Shown here: positions 9,911 to 22,739 of the stretch, one piece after another
How positions within the stretch are numbered: the first letter of the stretch is position 1
Layout: every line of letters begins with the position of its first letter
Assembly: GCA_002633005.1 (NCBI GenBank)
Contig: NMRA01000392.1
Span: forward strand, 1-64,000
Source: Phoronis australis
Taxonomy: Eukaryota; Animalia; Phoronida
DNA length: 64,000 nt
Direction of reading: 5' to 3'
Notes under the pieces: model-generated
The model's input: the letters and a program-made list of their open reading frames with translations, nothing else
Told to the model about the DNA's origin: nothing
Databases searched by the model: none
Made by a program: the position numbers and the translations under genes

Positions 9911-12177
9911 AAAGCTCTGGGATCCCGGTTTACATTGATGAGATTCGGACTCACAAACCTTTTTAAAAATACTTGAATAAATAAAATTAAACTTGGAAAG
10001 GTTGTCTTCGCACTTTTTTGGTGTTTTTACTTTCCAGTAGTATTGAGCAAGGAATTTTTGTTCTTCAAAACTGAATCGATTGCTTGTCCCGTTATTCGCG
10101 TTCACGTCATGACAGGCGTACCAACGTTAAAAAAAAGATGTAACCATACAGTTGGCCCGAGCAGAATCTCAGTGATTCACGGGAACTGAATTTGAATCCC
10201 AGGCATTCAGGAAATGTGTAAACTTTTGGGTAAACACTATCCCTTTCCCCAGCCACCAGAAACTGGACTACCGGTCGTGTTTCAACTAGGCATTTTGAAA
10301 CGGCCCCAAAGGCACTATACCAAGGACTTAGGGACCTCACCTTTTCAAAAAATGTACACGTGCAACAAAACAGAAGGATGTCCATTATAGGTCAAAATAA
10401 ATGAAAAATAATAAAGATGTCCTTAAAAATAACTTTCCGGGGATTACCGCTAGACTAGTGCTGGGATCCAGCAGATGCCGAGACAGAGGCCCTCCACACA
10501 CTAGTGAAACCCCGGAGTCAAAATCAGATAGGCCTACGGTACAGCTACCAAATTGAAAAGTACGTGTCTTGGAACAAATATATTTGTGTTTAATAACCTT
10601 CGAGTAATCCAGCAACATTGTTAAGTTTAGCTGCTCGTGTGTCGTGTGGCCGTCCACACAGTTTGATCCATTGTTTACACAGTCGACAACACTTTTCGGC
10701 TTAGGGAATGCCCAAAATGACGGGATATTCTTCTCGAGCTGTATAATGGCTGTCAGAATTACACACGGCATATCAACGCCGTTTCACCATTCTGATCGCT
10801 AAACTTTTTGTGCTATCGATTAAAATAAGCTTTACCGACAACGCCAATGTTTGTCAGGTAACTATGGCGGCTTGGAAACGCAGACGAAGGTGTGTCAAGC
10901 ATGCTGCGTTCTGATTGGTTAGTTAAGCCGTCGTCAGTCATAAGCCTGGCGATAGGTCAATTCCCGCGTGGATTGCCAAAGTTCCGGACATGATGTGTTC
11001 GTCTCTGCGAAAAAAATCTTTGAGAAGGGCAAAAGGAGTCCCATTCCCGGTTCCCAGTGCCAAATTCGGTCCATTCCCACTGCCAATATTCCAGACAAAC
11101 GGTATTTTCGCCCGCACTTCCCGAATTACGGCCACAAAAACTCATGATTCCCGAAAAAGCCTTGCTCCTCTTCTTTCTGTCAATGCAACATCGAAAACTT
11201 ACTAAATAATTACATCGCCGTGGCATCCCAGAACTCCTTATATAAGTGGTACAACAGCAAAGCAGAGTCACCAGTGTCGTCACACTTAACGCAAAAATGG
11301 TAGCTTACTTTCGCGAGATGAATGTCTTGGATGATAATTATACCTCTTCGGGTGTCGAGAGAACGTCCTGGCGAGATGTCTTGTACTCCTTCTTTACTTG
11401 TTTTGGTGTTCCATTTTCAGATGAAACTACTAACTTGTACTCCTGTGTCACTTTTTTCTGTAGACACCGGTGACCTAAATTCGTGAATATAAGCATAAAA
11501 AGCAGCTGATTGTCATACTATCCAATGTACCGTTAGAAACTGCTCATGTGATGCCTTGGACATATATCAGCATGCGCAAATATACGTGTTTTGCCAATCT
11601 TAACCCTTGCTTGTCTCCGTAAGCACATATCGCCGGCCCGATTTTGAATGAGGCCCTAAAGTCGTGACGGTTTCGTTTAGACGGAAATGCACGAAGTAAG
11701 ACCACACAAATCAACTACAGTGCTTACAGTTACTCTAGACGACATAAAAACGCATTGTATTGTTTATTAAATCAGTTTCAATTAAAATAAATTGTTATGT
11801 GTTTTGCACCCAACTTTGATGTGTACATATATTTTCAATGAGGCTGTTTACGAAAAACGCTACGAACCCAGTATCAGTTATTTCTCTGTATTTTATTACC
11901 TTGGCCTTACAAAAATTGATCGACCCTGGGACATTTTGATACATTGTTCAAGCCACCCCTGAAGCGCTTGTTACAGCAAATCTGAACAATGTTTAGTTTC
12001 GAAAATATATTCTGAAAATGCACAAAAAGTGGATTAGTGAAATATGTTGTTTTAAGATACATTTGTAAAAAGAAGCCACTCACTCACTGTTTACTTTCCT
12101 ATTGTGAATATCAACACGTCCGGGTATTCGTTTGGCGTTTTTAAGCAGACGAACGCTGGAAACTTCAATGCTAGATG

Positions 12178-12740
12178 CTCGCTGGTTCCCTGCGTGCCGC
12201 TAGATGGGGCGGTAGCCGCGCCAGCACGCAGGTATCACTTAAATTTCCTCTGTAAATTTTTTTACACCGGCGTTTCTGATTGGCTAGTCGAATTCTCAAC
12301 AGGCAGCGCTTTGCGCAAACAAACTGGCATGACTGATGGACTGAAGTGTAAATGTGGTCTGTTGTACAGACAAATCGGTGCTTAAAATTATGTTCAGGAA
12401 ATGTGAAGCCTAGAAATTGTAATATTGAGCCTTTTCGGAATACATCTTTCTACTGTTGATGACTTTTGTTTACGATAGTGTCCTTATACAGTATGAATAA
12501 CACACCGGTTAAATCGGCCACATAATATGTGTTTATTGTGCATGTATGTGCTTCAAGCACGCGGCTATTAAACATCACTTCAGAAACGACAAGGCTAAAA
12601 ATCGTTCACAGTCCGCCATTTTTTCACGGTGTTGTAAAGCTAACCAATGACTGCCAAGATTACATCGACCAATGCTAAAGCACATGCCACTAGGTGATAC
12701 CTGCGTGCTGGCTGGGCTAAGCACGCAGGGAACCAGCGAG
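12178..12740. mobile_element. MITE with perfect 9-bp TSD (MuDR- or Academ-like)
   Basis: TIR ctcgctggttccctgcgtg / cacgcagggaaccagcgag plus inner inverted repeat gccagcacgcaggtatcac; TSD tgctagatg on both sides. Confidence 0.85.
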
Positions 12741-12980
12741 TGCTAGATGTAGCGGGAGAGCGCAGAAGCGGAAATAAGATCGTTCACGACTTTAGGGCAC
12801 CCACGACTTAACGACCTCCCACAGTATACTATCGTCACCACACAATATCTGTTCCAAAATGAAGAAATTTGGCAATTACTGGATTCTCTAACGTTGCATC
12901 TCTAACTTGCAACTTTGTCTCCACATCAAATTGACAAACATGAGTGCTATTTGCTCGTTTTGGCCTTGCCATACTGTTAA

Positions 12981-13879
12981 ATGCGAAGGCAACCTTTTTT
13001 CATGTCATTTTAGCAAAAATTAGGTTCGTTGCTTATCCCAGACATATTTTCAACTTAATTACAGCTTTTCGTAATTTAACTAAATATTCGTTCTCTACTC
13101 CGGAAGTGACGTTTTGGGGGGCAAGCATTTCCTGCCAATTTATTTTCATATAGTCTGACGATGAGAGCTGTCACGTCAGTCCTTGATCTACCTCCGTTGT
13201 GATAAGGTCGGTCGTCGTTTGCTTTTGTTTACGACTCAGTCAACATGCCACACTGTTGCTGAGTACCGGGATGTACTCATTATGGCCCAAAGCCTGTAAG
13301 CAGCCGTGCTGCGATGTTGAGTAGTGGAAGTGAATACAGGTCCAGTCAGTGAACAGTACAGTTCGTCGTTCAATGAACAGATGGGTGAGCCAAACTTTTA
13401 TAAGTTTATTGTGGACTTTTTTAAAGTATTGGAGCTATTTAGAAGGTGCCAGGTGCCTGGCGAGGGAGTCACATGGCGGGGTGTAAGCAGTCTGTGTGCT
13501 CAGGTCACTATCCAGTGGGAGTGTGTCGCGGTACACTCGGGCAAATGGGACAGTTGTTCCTCTGTCTGTGAGACAATAATGAGTACATCCCGGTACGCAG
13601 CAACAGTGTGGCATGTTGACTGACTCGCAAACAATAGCAAACGACGACCGAACTTATCACAACCGAGATAGAACAATGACTGACTCGGCAGCTCTCACGG
13701 TCAGATTATATGAAAAGAAATTGGCGCGAAATGCTTGCCTCCCAAAACGTCACTTCCGGAGTAGAGAACGAATAATTAATTAAATTACAAAAAGCTGTAA
13801 TTAAGTGGAAAATTTGTCTGGGATAACCAACGAACCTTATTTTTGCTAAAAAGGACATGAAAAAGGGTTGCCTTCGCCT
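12981..13879. mobile_element. Kolobok-type family A, palindromic non-autonomous derivative
   Basis: TTAA TSD; about 300-bp inverted arms; homologous to the element at 27430-29110. Confidence 0.85.
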
Positions 13880-14422
13880 TTAAGGGAATACTCGTGGTAT
13901 CGATCAAAGCTAAGTAGACATCAGCTTCAGACATACACTGTGGGAGCCACACCTAGCAAACCGATGTTAATGCCTTCGTGGTTCCTTGTGTTGGCTATTT
14001 TAATATCAACATAGATCTGTTGATACGTCGGCCAAGTAGGGTTTGTATAGGGCTGTTTACATTTCGACCACCTGAGTGTCATATATATAATAGAGATATT
14101 TATTTTCATACTTAAAGTCCACTTGCACCATCTAACAAGATTATAGAAGTATAAGCAACTTACAAAAACTTTATCTGAGACTTTCTGCATGTAGAAGACG
14201 ATAAAAGATACATTGCATCAAACTTCGTTACATGTACATATGGGGAGAACAAAAGGAAACCTCGAAAACAATGAGAGGGTTACACATAATTTTATTCATA
14301 CATACATATGCAAAATTGATTAAATACACGACACTTGTCGTTATCAACAGTCTTTATTCCGTTCCGTTAGTATCCCCGGAACAAAGTTCTACACTCATCA
14401 GAACATTGTTGAAGCAACTGAC

Positions 14423-14472
14423 CATACATACAAGCATACATACATACATACATGCATACATACATACATATA
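14423..14472. repeat. (CATA)n microsatellite
   Basis: Direct tetranucleotide repeats. Confidence 0.9.
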
Positions 14473-15455
14473 TAGACACGATAGCATCATACGAAAGGAT
14501 TCACGCAACATATAAACTTATATTTTTTAAGAATTTGTGTTGTAATTTGGATTGTGATCGTTTTACTAACTCTGAGTTGACAAAATAATCCTAGAATTGA
14601 ACTGATTGGCATTGAAAACATAAATAATAATTAAAAAATCCACTTCCTTCTGTAAAATAGAATCTCACCACACGCGTCAGCCAACTTGTTGACTTCTGAA
14701 AAAGCCAACCCAAAGGCAGGTGGCCACTCCGACTCAGTCTAAATCGGATTAGAACATCAAATTTTTAAAAAATGTCATAAAATTGCTGTAAGGAGAGGGT
14801 ACAAAGTTACCCGGAAGTTTTAAGTTCGGCTACCGATCTATTTCTGACATAATGAGGCGACATGTTATACGCTTTTCCGGTATACGGTGATAGGGTGATT
14901 GCTGGACAAGGCTCTTGTACAAATTTATTACAATGGAGTATTTCCCAGAGCTTTTTCATAAATTCTTTGGCATCAAATTGTCACTGTTCTGCGATGGTAT
15001 ATCCGAACGACTTGCGCAAAAATATTCAATTCCTTAAAACGTCCGTGAATGAAAAATATTGCGTTTCGTCCCTGTATATAACTCGGTCCGTCTTGCACAC
15101 CAGAATTAGAAATTGTGTCAAACGAAAGACGTTATTGTGCTCTCACAGCGCTAAAGAGTTGTGTGTAGACAAAATTCCCTACCAAACTCTGCAAAAGGGT
15201 GCATTTTTCGATAAAATTCCCCCACAAAAGGGTTCCCTTTGGATATTCGATACCCTACAAGTTCCCTTTTTTCAACTCGCATAAATTTGCAGAAGATTTT
15301 TAACACTATCTATACTTTTAGACTTTTGATTGCTGCAGATGTACAAGTACTCACACAACATGGTATCTCTGCTTGTACTCTTAAGACCGAATGGGTTAAA
15401 ATTCATTTGTCCAATAATCATTACAAAAGGGTAACGTTTATGGAATTACATAAAA

Positions 15456-15607
15456 CAGGGGCGGATCCAGGATTTTGAGTTAGGGGTGGGTGGCAGGTCA
15501 GAGTATTAGCCAGAATTTTGCCCTTCAGACATTCGCACCCCCGAACTGCCAAATGGAATCTGGGAAAATTTTAGGGGGCGCCATGGCCCCCTCTAAATCC
15601 GCCACTG
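15456..15607. mobile_element. Small hAT-like MITE
   Basis: TIR caggggcggat / atccgccactg with G- and C-rich subtermini; half copies near 17780, 26490, 41130 and 48830; 8-bp TSD not clear. Confidence 0.55.
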
Positions 15608-15802
15608 TAAAACCTGAGAAATGGTGACTTTTTCATGAGAACTTCCTACAAACGAGACCACTATCTAAATCAGTGGTCTAATTCTACAGCTGTTCCTGCT
15701 GAAGTGCAAGGCCCGCCTAGTTGCGAGACACTCTTTACAATCGTTGTCGCGGACTAGGTCTACAAATAATATTGTAGGTATCCAACCATTGACGCTGTCT
15801 AG

Positions 15803-16617
15803 TATGGCGTGTTATATGTTGCAAAATTCAATGTTCAAAAAAATTAGGTTTGATATAGTTATATGTATTCGATATCTTATATTCATATTTGATCTTCTTA
15901 TATTTATATTTGATCTTCTTATATTTATATTTGATCTTCTTATATTTATATTTGATTTTCTTATTTTATTTATATTTGATCTTCTTATATTTATATTTGA
16001 TCTTCTTATATTTATATTTGATCTTATATTCAATGTTATCTACATTTATGTTTCATAAGATTATATGTATTCAATGTTCATTACAATTGTATTCAATGTT
16101 TTGAAAATTTCTGTTCGATGTTCATTATATGTATTCCATAATGTCAAGTTTTCGTTCGATGTCTTCCGGTTATATTCGATAATAGAACTCTGGGTAAATT
16201 GAAACGACGGCCGTGATTGGTCAGCTGTGTTGAGACGTTATTTACCCGTGTTCACAAATATCGATGAAATGGGCTAAATTGTCGAAAAAATGAGGAAGAA
16301 ACTCTTCTTCGGTAGCCGCCATTTATTTAATTCCAGGAACCAATCAGGGAAGTCGTTTCATAATACCCATAATTCCGTTATTGAACATATCAAAAGAAAC
16401 ATCGAACACATATAACGAAACATCGAACATATAAAACGAAACATCGAACATATATACTAAGTTATCGCACATAAGTATTTTCATTATGGAATACAAATAT
16501 TTTGACATCAAATGTACAAACTATAAGATCAAATATAAATATAAGGTATCGAATACACATAATTACATCAAACCTAATTTTTTGAACATTGAATTTTGCA
16601 ACACATAACACGCCATA
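15803..16617. mobile_element. IS3EU-like non-autonomous DNA transposon with internal 21-bp minisatellite
   Basis: About 100-bp TIRs starting TATGGCGTG / ending CACGCCATA; 6-bp TSD gtctag; (atatttgatcttcttatattt)n at about 15870-16030. Confidence 0.75.
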
Positions 16618-17598
16618 GTCTAGTATAGTCACCTAGTGATCAGAGTGAATACTATAAGCCGACACACTACGCAGTTGTCACTGAACCAGGCGTGCGTTCC
16701 AAGGACGCGACCGAGAACCTCGCAAAATATGGTTAGCGTAAATAAACTATTTGAGGTGAAAATTAACGTATTCTTCGAAATAAATCCGCTTGACTTTCAA
16801 AAGGTTGCAATTTAGTAAAATCGGTTGTTTAATTTATTTAATTCTCAACCGCATATGTGCAATACACAAGCCCAAGTCGAAACAGTGGACACGTGGAGAA
16901 GTATTTTTGCTTCTTATTAGTGCGAGTCAGTGTTGGCACATAAACTAAATACACCCAGCTGTCTGGTGAAACCTATCACTAATGTGGTGGAAAAGTGGAA
17001 TATTAAAATAAGGGCGGCGTAGAGTACGTAGTCCAAGGCCCGTTGTCTAATTTCCAAACTCGAAATCGTACTAGAAATTATTGTTTGTCTAATCTTAAAG
17101 CAGGTGGATTTTAAGCCCAAGTTAGCGCTTGATGACAAAATTCAAGTTACAGACTCCAGTAAAACTACAAATTCCGAATAACAGTTTCAAATTTCGAGTT
17201 CAGACTAGAATTTATAGTTTTAATGCTGACGCCATCAAGAGCAAAAAAGGATTAAGCAGTCATCCAAGTAAATACAAAATAATAGACATTTATCTTGAGT
17301 TCATATGGTAGTTAAACGGAAATTGTAGGAAATAATATCTAGTCCGATTTCAAGTACAAAGGTGAGACTTTGAGCTCAGGTTGTCCAGCAAACGCGTGAC
17401 AGACCACATCAAATACAAACTAAACACGCCTAATTCATTCCAACTAGTTTGCTGAGCGCTTCATTTGTCCAGCGGCTAGCGAGTGGCAGTTTGGTGATGA
17501 CGTTACTCTCATATCTCTTGTATGTGACAGGCATGGTCTCAAGACATTATTAGCAAACTCAGGCAAACAGTACTTTTGTCCAGTCGAGTGCCATTCGT

Positions 17599-17705
17599 TC
17601 ATATTCTTTGAGACAATGTCGCTTCCACGCTACTCTGTCTCCTAGTTTGCAGCAAGTTGTGTTGAACGCCAACTTTTTCAGGTTTCGACGGCTTTCGTGC
17701 CTGCA
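17599..17705 (-). CDS. stum: stum/Spec3-family protein, predicted terminal exon 3 (LQARKPSKPEKVGVQHNLLQTRRQSSVEATLSQRI*)
   Basis: Strong acceptor ctctttttcag, phase-1 compatible with exon 2, open frame to TGA; no recognisable homology support. Confidence 0.6.
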
Positions 17706-20700
17706 CTGAAAAAGAGTAATACCGTAAAATGAATGACGACATTATGTCAACTTGAGTTCAATACCCCCTTGCCCCCCCCCCCTAAACCCGCCACTGGTAT
17801 CCATTCCGCTTTCCCATGTTCAAGCCCAAGCACAAATACAAAATGCTTTCTTTTTCTCGAACATTTGCTCAGTTGATCCGCTTTCACAAGCAAAACATGG
17901 TTTGGAAAAGTTCCTATGGAGCCTGTTTCGGGACCGTTTTACTTATCTGGCCACATGTAGGAAGAATGTTGACAAGATGTCATTCTTTTCTCAAAATTTG
18001 GTCCTTCCTTATAAAAAAGGTAAAAATTTGAACCCCATTGCTTGTTAACTGAGACTTCTCTTACGGTAACCAAGCTGACGACTCACCTTTAAGACCACGA
18101 CTAAATGAGGGTGCTACTGTACGATTGGCAGATGCGAGTTTCCCAGAAAACCCGGCTGCTACTTTTATCTGAACCCTTGACCGCATACTCAGTCGTATAC
18201 GACAAACTCGGATACCAGGCAATGGCCTTATAAACTATATAATGCATTTTGCGGAAACATTAAACAATGCAAACACCCCCGAACACATAAATAAATCCTG
18301 ACCTATAGTATACTCGAATATGAGACCAACCATTTCTTCAGATTTACGTTTAGACATTATTTTTGTCTAGTCTTTATAGTCAATCACTCGTGACAGAAAC
18401 GACACATAGTGTCGAAATTAGTAAAACATTGGCTGGCAAAACACCATTCCATGAAAATATTTGAATGAATATTAAAGCGAACGAGCAAATTTTGAAAATG
18501 GCGACCATAGTCTCATCGAAATAATGTGGTTCCTGGGAAACAACACCCGAATGTACAGTGTAAGGTCAGGTGACCTAGTAGTCAAATATAATCCCCCTCT
18601 TGTCACATTGTGGATCCGCCGGTGTAATATGCAGGGTTTTATGATGCGGCATCGGAGTGTATGATGCACTAGCTTTACAGTTACCGAAAGACGTCTAAAT
18701 CCCCATTAGCCTATACACGACCTAAGTCATAAGTCCCGTCCACATGCAGCAACTTGCACTTGTATGTGCGCGCACATGTATCCGATGACTACTGCAAGGC
18801 GGAAGTTGTCGCTCAGTGCATGGCAATGAAGAGCCGATGCAAATACAGCGCGAAACAGAAGACCCGTACATGTATGTATGTAAGGTGCCACTGAACAGTT
18901 AGGCTGTAGCCACAGGGCATTTTCAAGTCTAGTCCCTAGAATTTAAATACAGGGCGTGTGTCAAGTTTGGCGGGCGGTTTGAGGAATTTGTTGAAAAAAA
19001 TTGCCAGGAAACTGTTTTTGAATGAGAAAAGCCAAGATTTTTAGCCGTGGCCCACTTTCCATACAAAATGGTGGCTGTCGCTTGTTTTCCAACCACTGTC
19101 GCCTGCTAACTGAGAAAACGGGTGCGATTTCGCCGGGTGGCTGTCAGACAGATCAAAATTGCGAAAAAGTAGGTGGTAAAAGGCGTACTATGACGACATT
19201 TTTAGAATCAAGAGAGAGCGAGCATTCTGAATCTGCTGTCAGATTTTTTCTAGCACTTGCAGGGAAGTAGTAAATTTGGGGAGACAAGTGTCAAATTTGG
19301 TGTTTTTTGTCCTATTTTTGTGTGCCGGTATTTTTCCCGATGTGTATTAGCCGATTAAAAACCTGTAGCAGAATTAAGTTTCAGTTATCATGGGTAGTGC
19401 TTTTGAGTTGGAAACGCCAAAAAAACTTTTGTATTTTCCGACTCTCGATAGGGACGTGAGATAAGGACTCTTTTCCACTTGGGTGTGTGTCGGAAGCCAA
19501 AACCCTGCAATAACTGTAGTGAGCCTCCCTGCTGCACAAGCGCGAAGCTGATAATTACTCCCGCCTTGCGCGAGGTTAGCAGCAATACTGCCATTAGAAG
19601 TGGCGCAAATTACACTATAAAAAGTTACTCTATCACGATTAGGTGGAGTAAGTTGCTACAAGTGAGATAAGTTTCACTAGTTTAAATACCGCCCAGACAG
19701 TCCCTAAACATAGCGACAGCTCATTCCAGGAGTAACTTGCTCTAGGGTAAGTCTGTGTGTGGAATAATAAATACCTAAACCAATATCGGAGTTTGTAGAC
19801 AAGGCTTCAGGCAGCGTCCGCCATGTGCTTAATTATGGTCTAGAAGTGAATTTGCAGGCTTACGTAAACTTTCTCAGTCTGACAAGCACTAAGATGAGAA
19901 TATGATTGATGTTCATTTAACTCTCATCATGATTGTCTCATCACGTAGAACGAATTAACAATGTCTGCTTATATTCCTGCGAAGAATTATCAACAAATAA
20001 CTCATGGTTTGATGATATTCAAAAAGTCAACTGGCTGGAAGCCTGAAATTCCGGTAATATCAAAATGAAATGAAAAACAGACACCGCCAACTGTAAATAC
20101 ATAAGACTATTATATACGCTCCAATTCGATCTTAAAGTGGCAGTGTCACAGGGAAAATTGGTTTTCCGATATCATCCCCAACACGGAATCGAATCCACAA
20201 CATCAGCTGTCGCAGCCCAACACTCTGCTAGCAGATCGAGCTAAGATCAACTTTATTAATCTAGTAATTTTACTAGCGAAGTTTCTGGCCTTGATTTCAG
20301 CAAATTAATAGCTAGTGAATAACGTCAAGAATTGGCGATTTATAATAAAATCACAAAAATACAAAGCTCTGGTCAAAAAAGCAGCAGCTTCAAGAAGTTT
20401 TTTTCATTAAAGAATAAACCATAAAACGCGTTTCTGCCGAAAAAACCGTCCTTTTGAACATGACAGAAATGCAGCTGTGATTTCGAAGTATTTGCTTATT
20501 GTTAGGAAACAAAATGTAGGTTGTCTGAGACTCATTACTTGGTCAATTTTTGACTTAGATACAAATCGAGAGTGTACTCTACCTTGAATTCTCAATATCA
20601 TTAAAATAAGTAGAGATCTTTTCATACAACGCTCCTAATTTCAAGAAAAGACGTTGTGTGCACGCAAACCGCACTGTGGTGTGGACGCTACGCTGGACGG

Positions 20701-20851
20701 GGGGGGGGGGGGGGGNNGGGGCAAGTAGTTCTGGGGAAACTTGTAGTGTGTACACGTTTAAGCGCTTAACCAGTGTTACGAGGTCGCTGTAACAGAGCAA
20801 AAATAAATACACACATTTGTGCCACAAACATGTAAAAGAGAATAAACTTAC

Positions 20852-21031
20852 ATGACAGAGTGACGAATGTCATTCCCCAAAATATACTCCATATCCAGCC
20901 GACTATAATTATGAATAAAATGAGCTGCAAAAACGATGACACCAAGTTGAGACCAAACGCTCGCAGTCGGTTGTCCCCTAGCCTCGTCGTCACTCCAGGA
21001 CAAAACACGAGTGGTGCACAGAATAAAGTTC
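20852..21031 (-). CDS. stum: stum/Spec3-family protein, exon 2 (GTLFCAPLVFCPG...LQLILFIIIVGWIWSIFWGMTFVTLS)
   Basis: Spec3/stum signature GWIWSIxWG; acceptor ttatttttag, donor gtaagt; 180 bp, phase 1-1. Confidence 0.9.
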
Positions 21032-22739
21032 CTAAAAATAAATCACAAGGGACTTAGATTACGGTCTGTTATTACATGCAGCATGTTGCCTTTAAATATC
21101 CCATTCACCGGTTGATCCTCTCGACTTTCACTTTACGAAAATATATGAGCTGACAATGACCAGTTACTTAGATATTTTAGACATGTTTACAGGTACTCGT
21201 AACACTAAAAATCTATTCCAATTGATGGCAAGCAACTGGCTGGAAGTGCCGTTTTTGATTCATGTTTGTGAAAACGTTCACAACCGGCGTTCATGAATAA
21301 CATTCGTATTTAGGCATTATTATTTACAATCCAACACGAATCAACTTAAAACAATGATCACAAAATGCCACTCATGAGAGTGAGAAGGTGAAGATTTCTT
21401 GAGCGCTTTGAGTGTTTACCTCCAACTAATGAAATCTCCGTTGCTAGCAACTGCCTTCACTTTTCAGTCATCCAATACCGGGGCAACCGTTAGCTTTCTC
21501 AAGCCGTATCTAATCAACTTTTGGAATATTTCATTTACCATAAGTTGAATTTTGAACCTTGAAGCCAAATTTTATACGAACGAAATTCACTACCTCTGAA
21601 GTGTGGGACACAGTGAGCAAGTTCTGAAAATGTCAGCCGATCAGAGAAAGCTGCGCTCGCTCTCTTTTCCTAATCTGATAACTGTGCTCTCAGAGGCCCA
21701 AACGCCTGTGTCCCAGCTTCGCTACATCACACACTTTGCGATTTGACTTGAACAATGACGCCGCTTTCGCAGTTACTTTCATTATAGGTGGCGCTGTGTC
21801 AGAGGGTAGGAGTGACGCATTGTGTGACCAACAGGTGACGTGGATGACGGATTCCACATATCACAGTCCGCAAATATCCAAGGTGCAACTTGCCGACAAT
21901 ATCAAAATTCAAATTTCCAGAACAATTATTTTCTGTTTCATTCTGATAGAAATCTACTAAAATAGTTCAAAATAACAATATAATTAATTATAATATGCTA
22001 AATTGACCAAAACGTTTTCAAACTAAATAACGTTCCGCTCTAAAGCGTCCTTATATATAGCGGGCGGTCAAGCTTGCCGTAACTAACTTTTGCTTTTACC
22101 GTAAAGCTTCTTAAAGAAGCCGGCCGTTTATTTTACTTGGGTAGACCATACCTCAGTTTGAGACCAGCGTGTTTCAGAAATCTAACATTTATTAAGTAGC
22201 CCAAGTCTGCGATGACAAGGAGAAATTTCCGCGAACCTCCAGTACCCCCCGCCTTCTATTGGAAAATTAGTTTTTATTTACAGTTTCATGATTCTTCCAG
22301 TTTCCCACTTTTCGATCCCATCTGGATAAATTTGCTGTTAGAGCGGACCAGTATTGGTATTACGGCCGAAGTAGGCACTGTTGGTATTGTTCTTGAAGAT
22401 GGACTTAATGAATTACCTTTAACCTGCTGCTTCACTAAAACAACTTAAGTCAGCTGTGCCCGTTTTTTATGAGTTTGCTACAAATCGTCAGTTGTCGCCG
22501 TCGTCTGCCACACATTGGCCGAAATCAAGACCGATGTCTTTTCCAGTAAAATACGCTTAATCTCTGTCATTTATCGTCTGAGATTTCTGGATTTAAAGCG
22601 TTAGACTGCGACCGCAGCCTTGGTTTCGATTTTGCGCTGAGATTAGCACGGGTAATTCGACGTTGATTATGATTATTCCATGTTCATATACATTCAAATA
22701 CGTAACCAATATTATTACAAATCTTCACCAGTTTACATT

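Noticed and set aside
11653-12798. Outer TIR pair gccctaaagtcgtga / tcacgactttagggc around the 9-bp-TSD MITE
   Set aside because: The 15-bp inverted match is real, but there is no TSD or second copy, so it was not called as an element
15744-16104. ORFs with IFIFDLL / NIRRSNI repeats
   Set aside because: Translation of a 21-bp minisatellite inside a MITE
20698-20721. Poly-G tracts with N bases (also 40986-41002) as G-quadruplex elements
   Set aside because: Low-quality homopolymers, likely MITE remnants; lengths unreliable
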